Origin: Octopus sinensis
Taxonomy: Eukaryota
Assembly (NCBI RefSeq): GCF_006345805.1
Contig: NC_042998.1
Span: 121,582,001-121,646,000, forward strand
Direction of reading: 5' to 3'
Length of the DNA stretch: 64,000 nucleotides
How positions within the stretch are numbered: position 1 is the first letter of the stretch; each line of letters begins with the position of its first letter. The notes beneath the pieces were generated by a model. It did not search any database and was not told the origin of the DNA. It was given only the letters and a program-made list of their open reading frames with translations. Shown here piece after piece: positions 1 through 12,222 of this stretch. The translations under genes were made by a program, and so were the position numbers.

Positions 1-997
1 ACAAAGAGTCTCTCTCTCAGAGTAAAAGTTAGCCTGTATGATGCATGTGTACAAATAGCCATGTTACATAGCAGTGAAACATGGGCCATGACTGCTGAGG
101 ACTTATGGAAGCTTGCAAGGAATGAAGCTAGTATGCTCCACTGGATATATAATGTCAGTGTGCATACACGACAGAGTGTAAGCGCCCTGAGAGAAAAGTT
201 GGACTTAAGAAGCATCAGATGTGGTGTGCAAGAGAGACAACTGCACTGGTATGGTCATGTGTTGTGTATGGATGAGGACAGCTGTGTAAAAAAAGTGTCA
301 CACCCTAGCAGTTGAGGGATCCTGTGGAAGAGGCAGACCCAGGAAGACCTGGGATGAGGTGTTGAAGCACGACCTTCAATGTTGGGCCTCACCGCAGCGA
401 TGACAAGTGACTGAGACCTTTGGAGATATGCTGTGCTTGAGAAGATCCGGCAAGTCAAGTGAGACCGTAACTGTGGCCTATGCCAGTGCAGCATAACCAT
501 CCCATTTAAGAGTAACCTTCAATCATTGAGCAATAAATTGTGCTTGTGAAAACTTGTTGAGGCAAGTGAAGTTGTTGTCATGGCCGATGACAGTACCACC
601 TGATTGGCACCCGTGCTGGTAGTGTGTAAAAGGGACCATTCGAGCATGGTCAATACCAGTGCTGCCTGACTAGTCCAGTGCCAGTGGCATGTAAAAAGCA
701 CCATTTGAGCGTGGTTGTTGCCAGTACCGCCTGACTGGCTCCTGTGCTAGTGGCACGTAAAAAGCACCATCCAAGTGTGACCGATGCCCATACTGCCTGA
801 CCGGCCCTCGTGCTGGTGGCACATAATAAGAACCCACTACTCTCAGTTGGTGTTAGGAAGGGCATCCAGCTGTAGAAACATTGCCAGATCAGATTGGAGC
901 CTGGTGCAGCCTTCTGGCTTGCCAGTACTCAGTCAAACCATCCAACCCATGCCAGCATGGAAAGTGGACGTTAAACAACACCGATGATGATGATGAT
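1..997 (+). mobile_element. RTE-clade LINE 3' fragment (ORF end, 3' UTR with tandem units, (GAT)n tail)
   Basis: LHSSETWA...QERQLHWYGHV and GRPRKTWDEV-type ORF end; tail ttaaacaacaccgatgatgat. Confidence 0.9.
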
Positions 998-1313
998 ATA
1001 TATACACACACACACAATACATTACATTACATTACATTACATTCGATTCTCATTGTGCCTTGTGGAACTTCAAGTGACAGCAAGATCATTTCACCTTCTA
1101 ACACTGAAAGCGTCTTTGACAGCTTGTTTCATTGTTAACCCTCTGGTTTTAAGGTCTTTTTTTATTGTTCCCTGCCATGTTTCTTTTGGTCAGTCACATC
1201 TTCTTTTACATATAGTTTTTTTTTTTTATTGAAGTCTGTGTTGCTTTGTCTATATGTTAAAAGACACAGAAACACACACACACAGAAACAAAATTAACTA
1301 TATGTATTATATA

Positions 1314-2568
1314 TTGGGTCATCCCATAAATAATGCAGTTCCTTTACACTTCTTTTATTTTTCAAAATTAAGATAAACAAAGTTCTTTTTTAAGCGAAAA
1401 TATACTTTCCTTTTTCTACAATGCTCTTCCATCTTTTGATAGACTTGCAAGGCCCATCTTCAAAATTCACTTGTCTATGACAAAAAATACTCCTCCAGAA
1501 CTGTTCTGACCTCATCTACAGAATTCATATTTTTTCTGTCCAAATGATTTTGAAGACTGCAGAGTAAATGATTACCAGATGGGGCAATGTCTGGCGAATA
1601 TGGTAGGTGGGGTATCATTTCCCATTCAAATTGCTCCAGCCTTTGAAATGTCATCCTTGCTGTATGTAGCCAAGCATTATCCTGATGGAAGAACACCTTT
1701 CATCTTGAAATGAAAGATGGCCGGTTTTTTTCTAGCGCTGACTTAAGCTGCTTGCAATAGACCTTTGTTATCATTTGATTTGGGTTTAAAAGTCCAAAGT
1801 GGACTAAACCTTTCATATCCCACCAAACATGTAATAACACCCGATGTGGGTGAAGACCTTCTTCAGCCTGAGGTTCCAGTGTTTCTTCTTTTCCGACCTA
1901 CTGTCTTTGGCACTTGATATTTTTATAGAGAACACATTTCTCATCACCAGTCACTGTTTGGTCCAAAAACGGTTCATTTGTGAGACATGGCAGCAAAGAA
2001 GACTACACATTCACTCTCTGCATGTGATTAGACTCAGAAAGTTGGTGAGGAACTCATTGACCCAATTTGCTGACTTTTCCAATGGCATACAGGCATCAAT
2101 GAATGGTTGAATGACCAAATCTAAGCTTCTCTGCTAGTTCCTTGACAGTTACAATGGGATTTTGTTGCACCAGGGTTTGCAGAACATCCTGGTTGAGCTC
2201 TACAGATCTTCCAGGATGAAGCTTATCTTCTGGGTTGTAGTTTCCAGCTTGGAATTTCACTGGCTTATGCTTATTGCCTGATCCCCATATACTGCATTAA
2301 TATTCCTCGCACTTTCCATTGCTTTGTTGCCTTTATTGAACTCATAAAGCAAAATATGCTGAATATACTCATTTGTCACTTCCATTATAGCTTTGAAAAA
2401 ATAACTGTCAAAATAGTACTGCACTCTTCAAAACTTGCACTAAGAATAAGCACAAGGTAAAATTACTACCTGCTTTTATAGCAAGTTGATGCAGGTAGTA
2501 TAGCCTGTCCCCCTCCAACTTTTAGTTCATGCAATTGAAAAAACTGCATTATTTATGGGATGATTCAA
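1314..2568 (-). mobile_element. Mariner (D,D34D-type) transposon, full-length, decayed transposase
   Basis: TIRs ttgggtcatcccataaataatgcagt / actgcattatttatgggatgattcaa, TA on both sides; minus-strand HQDNA and PYSPDIAPS motifs. Confidence 0.93.
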
Positions 2569-2868
2569 TATATACATGTCATTTTTTTGAAGTTTGTATT
2601 TGTTGTATTTATTTGCTTTTAAAATTCCCACATTTTAAATCAAAATACCTATCTATCTATCTTTCTTTCTTTCACCCCCCCCATACTGTGTTTTTCCCCT
2701 CAACAACAACCTTTTCTCCTCTTCTTTTATTTAAAGCCTGTATAGTGATTTCTATATGTTGAAAGAGACAGAAACCCACAACCAAAAAACAAATAACTAC
2801 ATATCTTTCAAAACTTGTTAGTCACAATGGTAACAAGTCTGCCTACCTAGGGACATACAACACGCATT

Positions 2869-3613
2869 GTTATCTGGGTGACCAAGTCAGCAGTGGAGGA
2901 GGATGCTCTGGGAGCATAGCTGATAGAATAAAAATAGGCTGGGGTAATTTCAGAGAACTTTTACCTTTTTTTGTAACAAAGAGCCTCCCACTCAGAGTGG
3001 AAGGCAGATTGCGTGTGCAAACAGCCATGCTACACAGCAGTGAAACATGGTCTGTGACTGCAGAGAACATGAGACAGCTTGAAAAAAAATGAAGCTAGTA
3101 TGCTTTGCTGAATGTGCAATGTCAGTGTGCATGTAGGACAGAGTTTAAGCATCTTGAGAGAAAAATTGAGCATGAGTCATCAGATGTGATGTGCAAGAGA
3201 GACGTCTGTGCTGGTATGGTCATGTGATGAGTATGGACAGTTGTGTAAAGAAGTGCCAGTCTGTACTTGTGGAGAGAACCAGTGGAAGATGCAAATCCAG
3301 GAAGACATGGGGCGAGGAGGTGAAACATGATCTTTGGATGTTGAGTCACACAGGGGTGATTTCAAGTGATTGAGATCTTTGGCAATTTGCTGTGCTTGAG
3401 GAGACATGTCCAGCCACATGAAATTATAGTCTTCGATATTGCTGGTGACAAGGCACCCACTACACTCTTGGAGTGGTTGGCATTAGGAAGGGTATCCAAC
3501 CATAGAAACCAAGCTAAATCAGACTGGAGACTTGTACAGCTTTCTGGCTTACCAGTCCCAGTTAAACAGTCTAACCCTTACTAGCATAGAAAACAGCTGC
3601 TAAATGATGATGA
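2869..3613 (+). mobile_element. RTE LINE, 5'-truncated 3' fragment
   Basis: YLGDQV, QERRLCWYGHV and KTWGEEVKHDL peptides, followed by the shared 3' UTR and GAT tail. Confidence 0.88.
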
Positions 3614-4250
3614 TATATGGTCCAATCTGTCTCAGCTTGGAACTTGGACATTAAATGACAATGATGATATATGTGTGGGCATTTACATGTGTTCCTTTAG
3701 CTGAAACTTTTGAAGGCAGTACCCCATTTGTTGCTGTCATGTAACTAATGTAAACAAATTCTTTTTTCCTTCTTTCAATTTCAGGAGTATTTTTATAGTA
3801 AAAACATGCAGGTGTCTTTAAAGTGAGTCATCTCATCAGATAAGATATTCATTGGTGGGTAGAATATTTAATTATATCAAGTCAGGTATCTATAACAGAA
3901 TAATGTTTGAAAACTGGGGAAAAGGGTAAACAATGGAAGGTAGTTTTGTAGATCACAAGTTTATTGTTTGTATTCTGTTGTCATAGCTGCATGCTAATCC
4001 TGATAAATATTACTAATTCATTCTTTTCAACTAACCATGCTTAACACACTTAAATCAAAATAATGAGCACCTCAGATTATAAAGCATCATTTAAATATCA
4101 GATTTTTTATTACATATCTCTATTTGAAACACACCTGCTAGGGTCAAGGAAAAAAAGAAACATTCTTTCAATAATAAAAAAACAAAAGCTTAAAAGCTTA
4201 GAGCAATATTTATGAGAGCAGCAGCGGCTGCAACAACAACAGCAACAATA

Positions 4251-4466
4251 ATCCTTTCTATTATAGGCACAAAGCCTGAAGTTTTGGGAGAGGGGACTAG
4301 TTGATTACATCGACTCCAGAATTTCACTGGCACATAATTTATCGACCCCAAAAGGATGAAAGGCAATGTTGACTTCAGTGGAATTTGAACTCAGAACATA
4401 ACAACAGGCGAAATACTGCTAAGCATTTCATCCAGTATGTTAACAACTCTGTCAGCTCACCCCCTT
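4251..4466 (-). mobile_element. tRNA-derived SINE with Deu/Nin-like central domain
   Basis: Minus strand: B-box-like gagttcaaattcc then gcctttcatccttttggggtcgataaa; simple-repeat tail at 4231-4251. Confidence 0.65.
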
Positions 4467-4946
4467 GAATAATATTATTATCAATAATAATGTGGTGAAA
4501 AACCAACAAAATATACAAGAGAAATGTTAATCAAACTAAATTACTACTGAAATTCCTTACATAAAGTATGTTCTCCCAGCTAAGAACTCAGTTCTTTACT
4601 GGCAAATTAAAATATTGTTTTGGTTTGTTTTTTCAACAGCTTTGTAAGGAGGAAGGAGCTGTTTCATGGGCCTTCAGAAACTGGCTAGATTGATGCAGTT
4701 TATGTTCTGCTTGAATGTCTGTTAGGATTTCTTGAGAATCAACATTCTGAGGAGGCAGGATAGCACATAGCCAATGGCCAGTGAAACAAAGGAAGACGAG
4801 AGTTACATGCATTAGGTGAGTTAAGATATCATGCAGCTAGCCAGTTCTGAGAAAGGATGGCTGTTGTAGAAACAATTGAAAAAACAGGAGACAGCACTGA
4901 TATTGTTACTGTTTAGCATTAGGCTAGCTCTGACTGAGCAGATCTA

Positions 4947-6293
4947 TTAAGTTGTCAAGAAAGTTCTTGCAGAATTTTTAATTTTGGTTTTAAATGATGT
5001 ATTTTCAAATTAATTTTTGTTAAATTACTTTCGCTCTTGATCGAGGAAAACGTGCTTGCCACACGCCGTCGCTGCAGTGCGTCTTGCGACGATCCAAGAA
5101 TTTCACCTCTAACGTCGCAATACGAGTGGCCCCGATCGCTCCCTTCGATCATTGCCTCGTCGTAGCCCATTTTTTGCTCTATCTAATTGTGTTACTCCTT
5201 TTCTTTATGAATAGTTAGGCCATTTTTTCTGGAACGTTGAATACAACATGGGCAAAAAGCAAATTTGCACAATTTCCTTATTTCAGTTCAAGCTGGGCTG
5301 AAAAGCTGCTGAAACAGCTTGCGATATCAACGATGCATTTGGCCCAGGAACCACTAATGAACATACAGCACAATGGTGGTTTAAGAAGTTTCATAGCGGT
5401 GATGAGAGTCTTGAAGATGATAAGCATAGTGGTCGGCCATTGGATACTGACAACAATCAAATAAGAGCCTTAGTGGAAGCCAATCCACACACAACTGTTC
5501 GAGAGCTTGCTTCTGAATTAGACATAATGTATATGACAATTTTGAACCACTTGAAAGAGATTAGAAAAACAAAAATACTTCAGAAATGGGTGCTGCACGA
5601 ATTGAACGACAACCAAAAAAAAAAATGCTGTTTTGAAATTTAATTTTCCCTTCTTTTACACAACAAGAACGACCGTGTTTCTCGATTGGATTGTGACTTG
5701 CGATGAAAAGTGGATTCTTTACGACAACTGGCGACGCTCAGCTCACAGCACTTCCCAAAGCCAAAGTTGCACCAAAAGGTCGTGGTGACTATTTGGTGGT
5801 CTGTGGTCAGTCTCCTCCATCACAGCATTTTGGATCCAGGTGAAACCATTACGGCGGGGAAGTACTGTCAGCAAGTGGATGAAATGCATAAGAAATTCCG
5901 ACAATAACAGCCAGCATTGGTCAATAGAAAAGGACCACACATTGCACAACTGACCCTGCAGAAGCTGAAAGAATTGGGCTATGAAACTCTGCCTCATCCA
6001 CCATACTCACCAGACCTCTTGCCTACCAACTATCACTTTTTCAAGCATCTCAACAACTTACTGCATGAGAAATGTTTCAAAAACCAAGATGATGCTAAAC
6101 ACACCTTCAACGACTTCATCGGCACCAGGACGCAGGATTTTTACTCTACTGGCATAAATAAACTTGTTTCACGTTGGCAAAAGCGTGTTGATTCTGATGA
6201 TGTTCATTTCAATTAATAAAGTTTTGTTTGAGCTGAGATATGTGCATCTGAATTTAAAGGTTAAAAACAGCAAGAACTTTCATGACAACCTAA
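4947..6293 (+). mobile_element. Mariner (Hsmar1/SETMAR-like) transposon, full-length, frameshifted transposase
   Basis: TIRs ttaagttgtcaagaaagttcttgc / gcaagaactttcatgacaacctaa, TA on both sides; ATG 5248; peptides WVLHELN, VTCDEKW, LPHPPYSPDLLPTNY. Confidence 0.93.
5027..5168 (-). rRNA. Isolated ~140-nt 18S rRNA fragment (non-functional copy) inside a mariner element
   Basis: Reverse complement contains GAGGCAATGATCGAAGGG...CGTATTGCGACGTTAGAGGTGAAATTCTTGGATCGTCGCAAGACG...TTTTCCTCGATCAAGAGCGAAAGT, colinear with the conserved eukaryotic SSU core. Confidence 0.92.
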
Positions 6294-7439
6294 TATGATT
6301 AAGGCTTACTGGCTGTGACCATCCTGTCTTTTTTCCTTATAAAATTTATCTTCGACTGTATTATCCAATGTGTTTTTTTTTCAAGTTAGTATTATTTATT
6401 GGTTGTAATCTCTTGCAGGTTAACCAAATGTATTAAAGCATATTTCTTGATATTTTTCATGTTTTTATTGTTGTGACTTTGTATTAAATACATTTATTTT
6501 CATTTATTGATCTAAAGACATGATATAAACAGTTCTGGTTTGATTAAAGAATTCCAATGACTAAATTCTATAGAACATGAAATAATCAGTCAAGAAGTTG
6601 TAATACTAACCAGATTTAAAACCTAAACATGTGGCTCCTTGATTAGAGTTCTTGGCATACCTAGTAGAATTCCAATGAAAAATACAGGTGTATGCTTTTG
6701 CATTTTTGCCTTATATCCTATCTTAGCAACAGAAGAGTCCTTTGTTGGTCTAATTTCAACCAATCATTTATTTGAGTCAACCTAAATTTCTTATTTTATT
6801 ATTATAAAAATAATGCAGAGATGGGACTACTTCACTTTATTTTCATTTCAGCTTTTACAGTAAACAGGACTACATTATTCAGTGTCTTTCAATTTCTAAA
6901 GCTGTTGGGTGTCATTCTAAGATGACTTCAATAAAAATTTAACAAATGGTTTGTTGACTTTCAATAATGAGTTTAATTCCTCTCATAAAAGAAAAACTTA
7001 GCACTAACAGGCTGACACCCTAACCAGGAACATGTTTGTCTACCTGTGTATTGCCACAGAAACTGGTGAATATCTGTAAAGAAAAGACATGGGTGGGGAA
7101 GGAATTCAAGAAGGTTAATGTTCTGGGGTACAAGTATTGGATGAGTGGTTTGTATTGACTCTGGTAAGTGTTGAGACACAAGCTGAATGGCAAGTGTATA
7201 AGTGAATTGCATGTTTAGTGAGATTAGGAGGAAGCAATATGTACAAAATCAGTGGTTTAATGTCCCTTCCACTGAAAGTAACTTACATCTACCTATGCTT
7301 TGGAAAGAAAATTTTTTAATCAAACAGAAGCTAATTTTGTGCAGTAATTTATTATTCATATGCTGTCCCAGCCAGTATGTGCTTCTTTTAAGATATTTGC
7401 ACTAGTTCCTTGTTAAGTTTTTATGAAAATTAAGCTTTT

Positions 7440-7955
7440 AACTTTCAGATTACTGTCAAATGTAATCCTTATTTATTCACATTGTTTTGAATTAATCATG
7501 CATTATCTTGTAGCTTTGAGATTTTGATAATGTGATTGTTTATTTTTAGAATGACATTGTAGGTTAGTGTGAGAAGCCAGTCCAGACCAGTATGAACATA
7601 AAACAAGAAGAATATTTGGGCTGAATATAGTTAGTTTAAATGCTAGATGGTTAAAAAAGACAAGGATCTGGATTATGGTATATCATCAGTAATGTTTTCT
7701 ACTCACTGATAACAGAATATCCTACTTATATCTTAATCTCAATAGAGATTTTTTTTTTGAAAATGTATTTAAAATATAAGTATTCAACCTGGTTTAACCC
7801 TTTAGCATGCAGATTACTCTGTCAAATGTAATGTTTGTTTATTCACATTGTTTTGAATTTATGATACATTATCTTGTAGCTTCAAGATTTCAATGATGCG
7901 ATTGTTTATTTTTAGAATGACATTGTAGCATTGGTGTGAGAGGCCAGATCTAGCC
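7440..7955 (+). mobile_element. Two adjacent copies of a TTAA-type (piggyBac-like) MITE, the second interrupted by an RTE tail
   Basis: The ~120-bp block cagattact..gtcaaatgtaat...tttttagaatgacattgtag occurs twice; ends ttaaccctttagcat and aatgctagatggttaa. Confidence 0.6.
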
Positions 7956-7956
7956 A

Positions 7957-8205
7957 TCATCATCATCATCGTTTAACGTCTGTTTTCCATGCTAGCATGG
8001 GTTGGACGATTTGACCAGGGTCTGGGAAGCCAGGAGGCTGCACCAGGCTCCAGTCTGATCTGGCAGTGTTTCTACAGCTGGATGCCCTTCCTAATGCCAA
8101 CCACTCTGTGAGTGTAGTGGGTGCTTTTTACGTGCTACCGGCACAGGTGCCAGGGGAGGCTGGCAACGGCCACGATCGGTTGGTGCTTTTTACATGCCAC
8201 CAGGT
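7957..8205 (-). mobile_element. RTE LINE 3' UTR/tail fragment
   Basis: (CAT)n followed by the reverse complement of the shared RTE 3' UTR. Confidence 0.85.
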
Positions 8206-9031
8206 AAAATATTTTACTTTTAATAAAAATCACAATGCCCCTAAATACCCAGTATCCCATAGTGAGCTTACAATGTCCCCAAACTGGTACTACTTCCCAG
8301 GTTAACAACAACTGTATTCAACAGTTCAGAAAAGCAAAGGCTGTTGTAGTAACCAAACTTATATAATTTTTTCTTTCAGACTGAAACAATTTGAAACCAT
8401 TGTTTTAAAAGGCCATTGTTGATTGTGTGCAAACTTACAGTTGGCTTGTTTTAATTGGTGGTATTAGTAGAGAAAATAGATTAAAATGTTGTATTTTGTC
8501 TTGTTCCTTTATATTCTGAGTTCAAATTCAATTGCTTTTTAAAAAGATTTTATGGCTTAATTAAAGAAGAAAAAGGAGGGGGCTAATGGTAAAGCAAATT
8601 ATACACAGAGATAAAAAAAGATATATCTATATATATATATAGATGATTCTTAAAGTTTTTATTTATCTACAACACATAGCTATACAAGATATTATTTCAC
8701 TTTCAACTTAATGTTTCCGATGACATATTTATATAGGTATGTATATATATATGTGTCTGTTTGTGTTTATAATTTTTAATATATTATGTATAATTATGTA
8801 TCACTTGTGCTCTGAAGCAATCTCAACATTGGCACTCAACTGACACAGGCTCAGAAGAGAGTAGAGAAATAAAGTGTAACCATGTCAATTTGATTACAAT
8901 GGCAGTCAATCTTTGAGCATGGGTAACAATGGACGGAAATTATGCAATAATAACATATAATGTGTATGCATCTGTATTTGTATGTCATGAATATGTTTGT
9001 GTATCTGTGTGTGTGTGTATGTATATATGTA

Positions 9032-9069
<38 letters not shown>

Positions 9070-9432
9070 CATATATTAATCTGAAACCAGTATCAGAGAA
9101 TACAAACATAGTGAAACATATACATGTTGTTTTGGAGTAATATGATTTTTAAGAATTTTTTTTTAAATTGGGAAAAAAATCAATATATTGTAAGATATAT
9201 ATATATGTACATATATATATATATATTATTGTATATAATGTCAGATGCTAGCAAAGCACCATCTCAATGTTGAGTCCATCTCATCAGTACAGTTGAAAAA
9301 AGAGTGGAGTAGAAAAAATAAAGGAGTGGGGGGTCTATTTTGCTGGTTATTTAAATGAAAAAACTTCCAATGTTTGTTGGTCAACAGAGCTGAAATTTTG
9401 GTAGTTTCATCTTTTGCCTCAGTTGTCTGCAG

Positions 9433-9504
9433 TTACATATCATCTGGGAATATTGTGATGAGTAATTTCCGTCTTGGCCATTCATAGGTTTTGGGCCATT
9501 CCAT
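9433..9504 (-). CDS. Sufu: Sufu exon 12 (coding part): MEWPKTYEWPRRKLLITIFPDDM*
   Basis: Acceptor ttcctataaaaatttag|ATG; resembles vertebrate FKLPKEYSWPEKKLKVSILPD; TAA stop. Confidence 0.92.
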   Translation of the reverse strand: MEWPKTYEWPRRKLLITIFPDDM

Positions 9505-10529
9505 CTAAATTTTTATAGGAAGGGAAAAAGAAACAAAAAAAAGGTAAGATTTAAAAGATACAAAAAGGATATAAAATTATATAAATTATTAAATTTTATG
9601 GTTTATTAATCAATTAATAGTGTTAATATATTAACTCGCTGCTTATAGATTACATACATCCCCACTTAGCAGCAACTCAATTATGGTGGTGTGTAGCATG
9701 ATCAGTAGAATGCCATTTAGTTACATTCCTTCATATTCAGAGTTCAAATCCCTGCTGGGTCAATAAAATAAAATAAATACCATTAAGGTACTGGGTTTAA
9801 TTTAATCAACCATATACCCACTCCCTAAAAATTTGTGATCTTATGCCAATGTTTGAAGTCTACAAAGCACAGTGGTTGTGAAAACAAAGTGTTGGACAAC
9901 TGACCAAATGATCATGTTGTTAAACTGTAACATTACTACTGTGTTTTTGCTCCTATACACAAAGAGCATCAGCCTTAATTAGATTTAAAATAATGAAGTC
10001 TGGATATAGACTACACACAATAAGCAGTCCTCATAGTGAGTCACTCATAGTTGGATAAAATATCTTCTTGGTAGGGTCACTTGTGAGTAATAAGTTTAAC
10101 ACAGGATATGCTGTTGAACACTAGGTATCACATGTATGCAACAACTGAAGCCTGGATTCAATGTCAAAACAGATTAAAGTGATTGGGAACTCTGGGGTGA
10201 GAGGCTTCTTGTTGCCTTATGCTGTAAGTAAACTTCAGTTCCATACTGCAAGTTAATGATACATTTCTTTTGCTCTTGATAGATATAAGATGTCTATCAC
10301 ATGATATCTCTTTATACTTTTGTATAGACTGAGCTAGTAAGAAAAGAAATTTGTCTAGGTGTCATGAACACAGGATGATGACAGCATTACAATATGAATT
10401 GTTTGTCATTCAGCTAGTAGTTCAATATATGAGCAAACCAGCCTGCTATGATTCACAAGAATATACAACATCTATCAGCTAATCAAATATGAATTTAATA
10501 TTAGAATTGGAAGGTCAGAGGTGGCTTAC

Positions 10530-10598
10530 ATATTCTGGATCTGAGAGTTCTTCAATATCCTGTAGCATGTCTTCTATAAAATCATCAGTGAGCAAAAT
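10530..10598 (-). CDS. Sufu: Sufu exon 11: ILLTDDFIEDMLQDIEELSDPEY
   Basis: Acceptor ttgctccacag|ATT, donor TAT|GTAAGC; 69 nt. Confidence 0.95.
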
Positions 10599-10932
10599 CT
10601 GTGGAGCAATTTTGAGATTTTATAATTAGTAGGTACAGATAGACACACGCACACACATCCCTGTGCACGCACACACGCATGCACATATGTATAACCCATG
10701 ACAGCATGGAAAACAGATGTTAAATGATGATGATGATTACACACACAAACACAAATATGATGGGTTTCTTTCAGTTTCTGTCTACCACAAGGCTTTGGTT
10801 GGCTCAGAGCTATAGTAAAAGACACTTGCCTAAGGTGCCACACAGTAGGACTGAACATGAAATCATGTGGTTTGAAGCAAGTTTCTTAAGCACATAGCTA
10901 TGCCTGCACCTATTTATATATATATATATATT

Positions 10933-11285
10933 ACAGCTGGATGCCCTTCCTAACATCAACTACTCAGCCAAGTTGACTTGGTGCTTTTTATGAGGCACAA
11001 GCAGAAGTGAGGTCAATTTTGGCAAGGTTTTTACAGTTGGATGCCCTTCCAAATGCCAACCATTTTATAGTGTGGACTGGGTGCTTTTAAGTGGCACCTG
11101 CACTGACAGGGTTACTAAGTAGTTGCAAGAAAAGAAAAAAGACAAAAACAAAACTCTTTTGAGAGGGAAGGGGGCATTGGAGGTGATCTTGTGTTGGATG
11201 ATGAGAGTTTATAGTGAGGCAGAGAGAAAGAAACAGGTGTGCTGCCACAAAGGAAATACATGGTTACTCAACCTGAGGGAAGTGC

Positions 11286-11346
<61 letters not shown>

Positions 11347-11980
11347 CAGGATAGAGTTGATGGCAAAGTGCTGGGCATATGTAATGATAGTGTGATAGGG
11401 AGTGGGTGGAACACGCAGGTTGGAAGCTTGTGGATAGCAATGATACAATTTTCTTGTTAAGTGTGGGTGGGGGATACAGCACTTCTACAACTCAGTTTCG
11501 CTGACGTGGGCGGGTCTTCATCTAACTTTACCATTCCCAATGACTTACACCAATATCTTCCACATCTGAAATCCCCAGATGATACTTTTTGCTTTGCTCT
11601 AACTACACTTTGAATATATATGAAAGACCATGTCACCACATCAATTTTTGCTACTCTGGCACCATTTCTTCAAATACCAAATTCTTTACAAATCACTATC
11701 AAATGAATATCCCAAATGGCACCTTAATGATTACTCTTAAACAATGAACCCTGGAATATTCTAAGCAAAGTATTCAACTTCTTTCTTTGCAATCTACTTG
11801 GAATTATGAAAGCATGTATCTTGTATGATTTTTTCGGCAGGAAAGAAGAACCTTCTGACCACAACTTCACTGATTTTTGTCCTTTTGTTTTCACATTCCC
11901 AATATTTCTGTAATGTAGGGAAACCATATTCTATGACAACACCCAGAAGTTCTTCCGTTATTTGAGAACCACTGTACAAA
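10933..11980 (-). mobile_element. Degenerate non-LTR retroelement 3' region with long RTE-type UTR module; clade unresolved
   Basis: 11120-11520 is homologous (reverse strand) to 28060-28960; upstream sequence is stop-riddled and coding-like. Confidence 0.55.
11288..11343. repeat. (GA)n microsatellite
   Basis: Direct observation. Confidence 0.95.
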
Positions 11981-12083
11981 GAATAATGACAAAAATATAT
12001 TTAATGCAACACTCTTGCGTCAATTTATACACATATACAGTTATCTAAGAAAAGAGAATAAGTGAAAACAAGAGGTTACCAAC

Positions 12084-12222
12084 CTGAAGCCAAGGACCAT
12101 GTGTAGCATATGGATGCTGCTCATCTGCTATGGAACCTGTGACACTGCTTGAGACCAATGTCACTGCCACATCATTCAGTACACTCTTGAATGTAAAATG
12201 ACGGCCATGTTTTAATCTGCCT
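12084..12222 (-). CDS. Sufu: Sufu exon 10: GRLKHGRHFTFKSVLNDVAVTLVSSSVTGSIADEQHPYATHGPWLQ
   Basis: Acceptor tttgtttcggtag|A, donor CAG|GTTGGT; 139 nt. Confidence 0.96.

Noticed and set aside
4955-5170. 71-aa minus ORF
   Set aside because: Chance reading through the 18S fragment.
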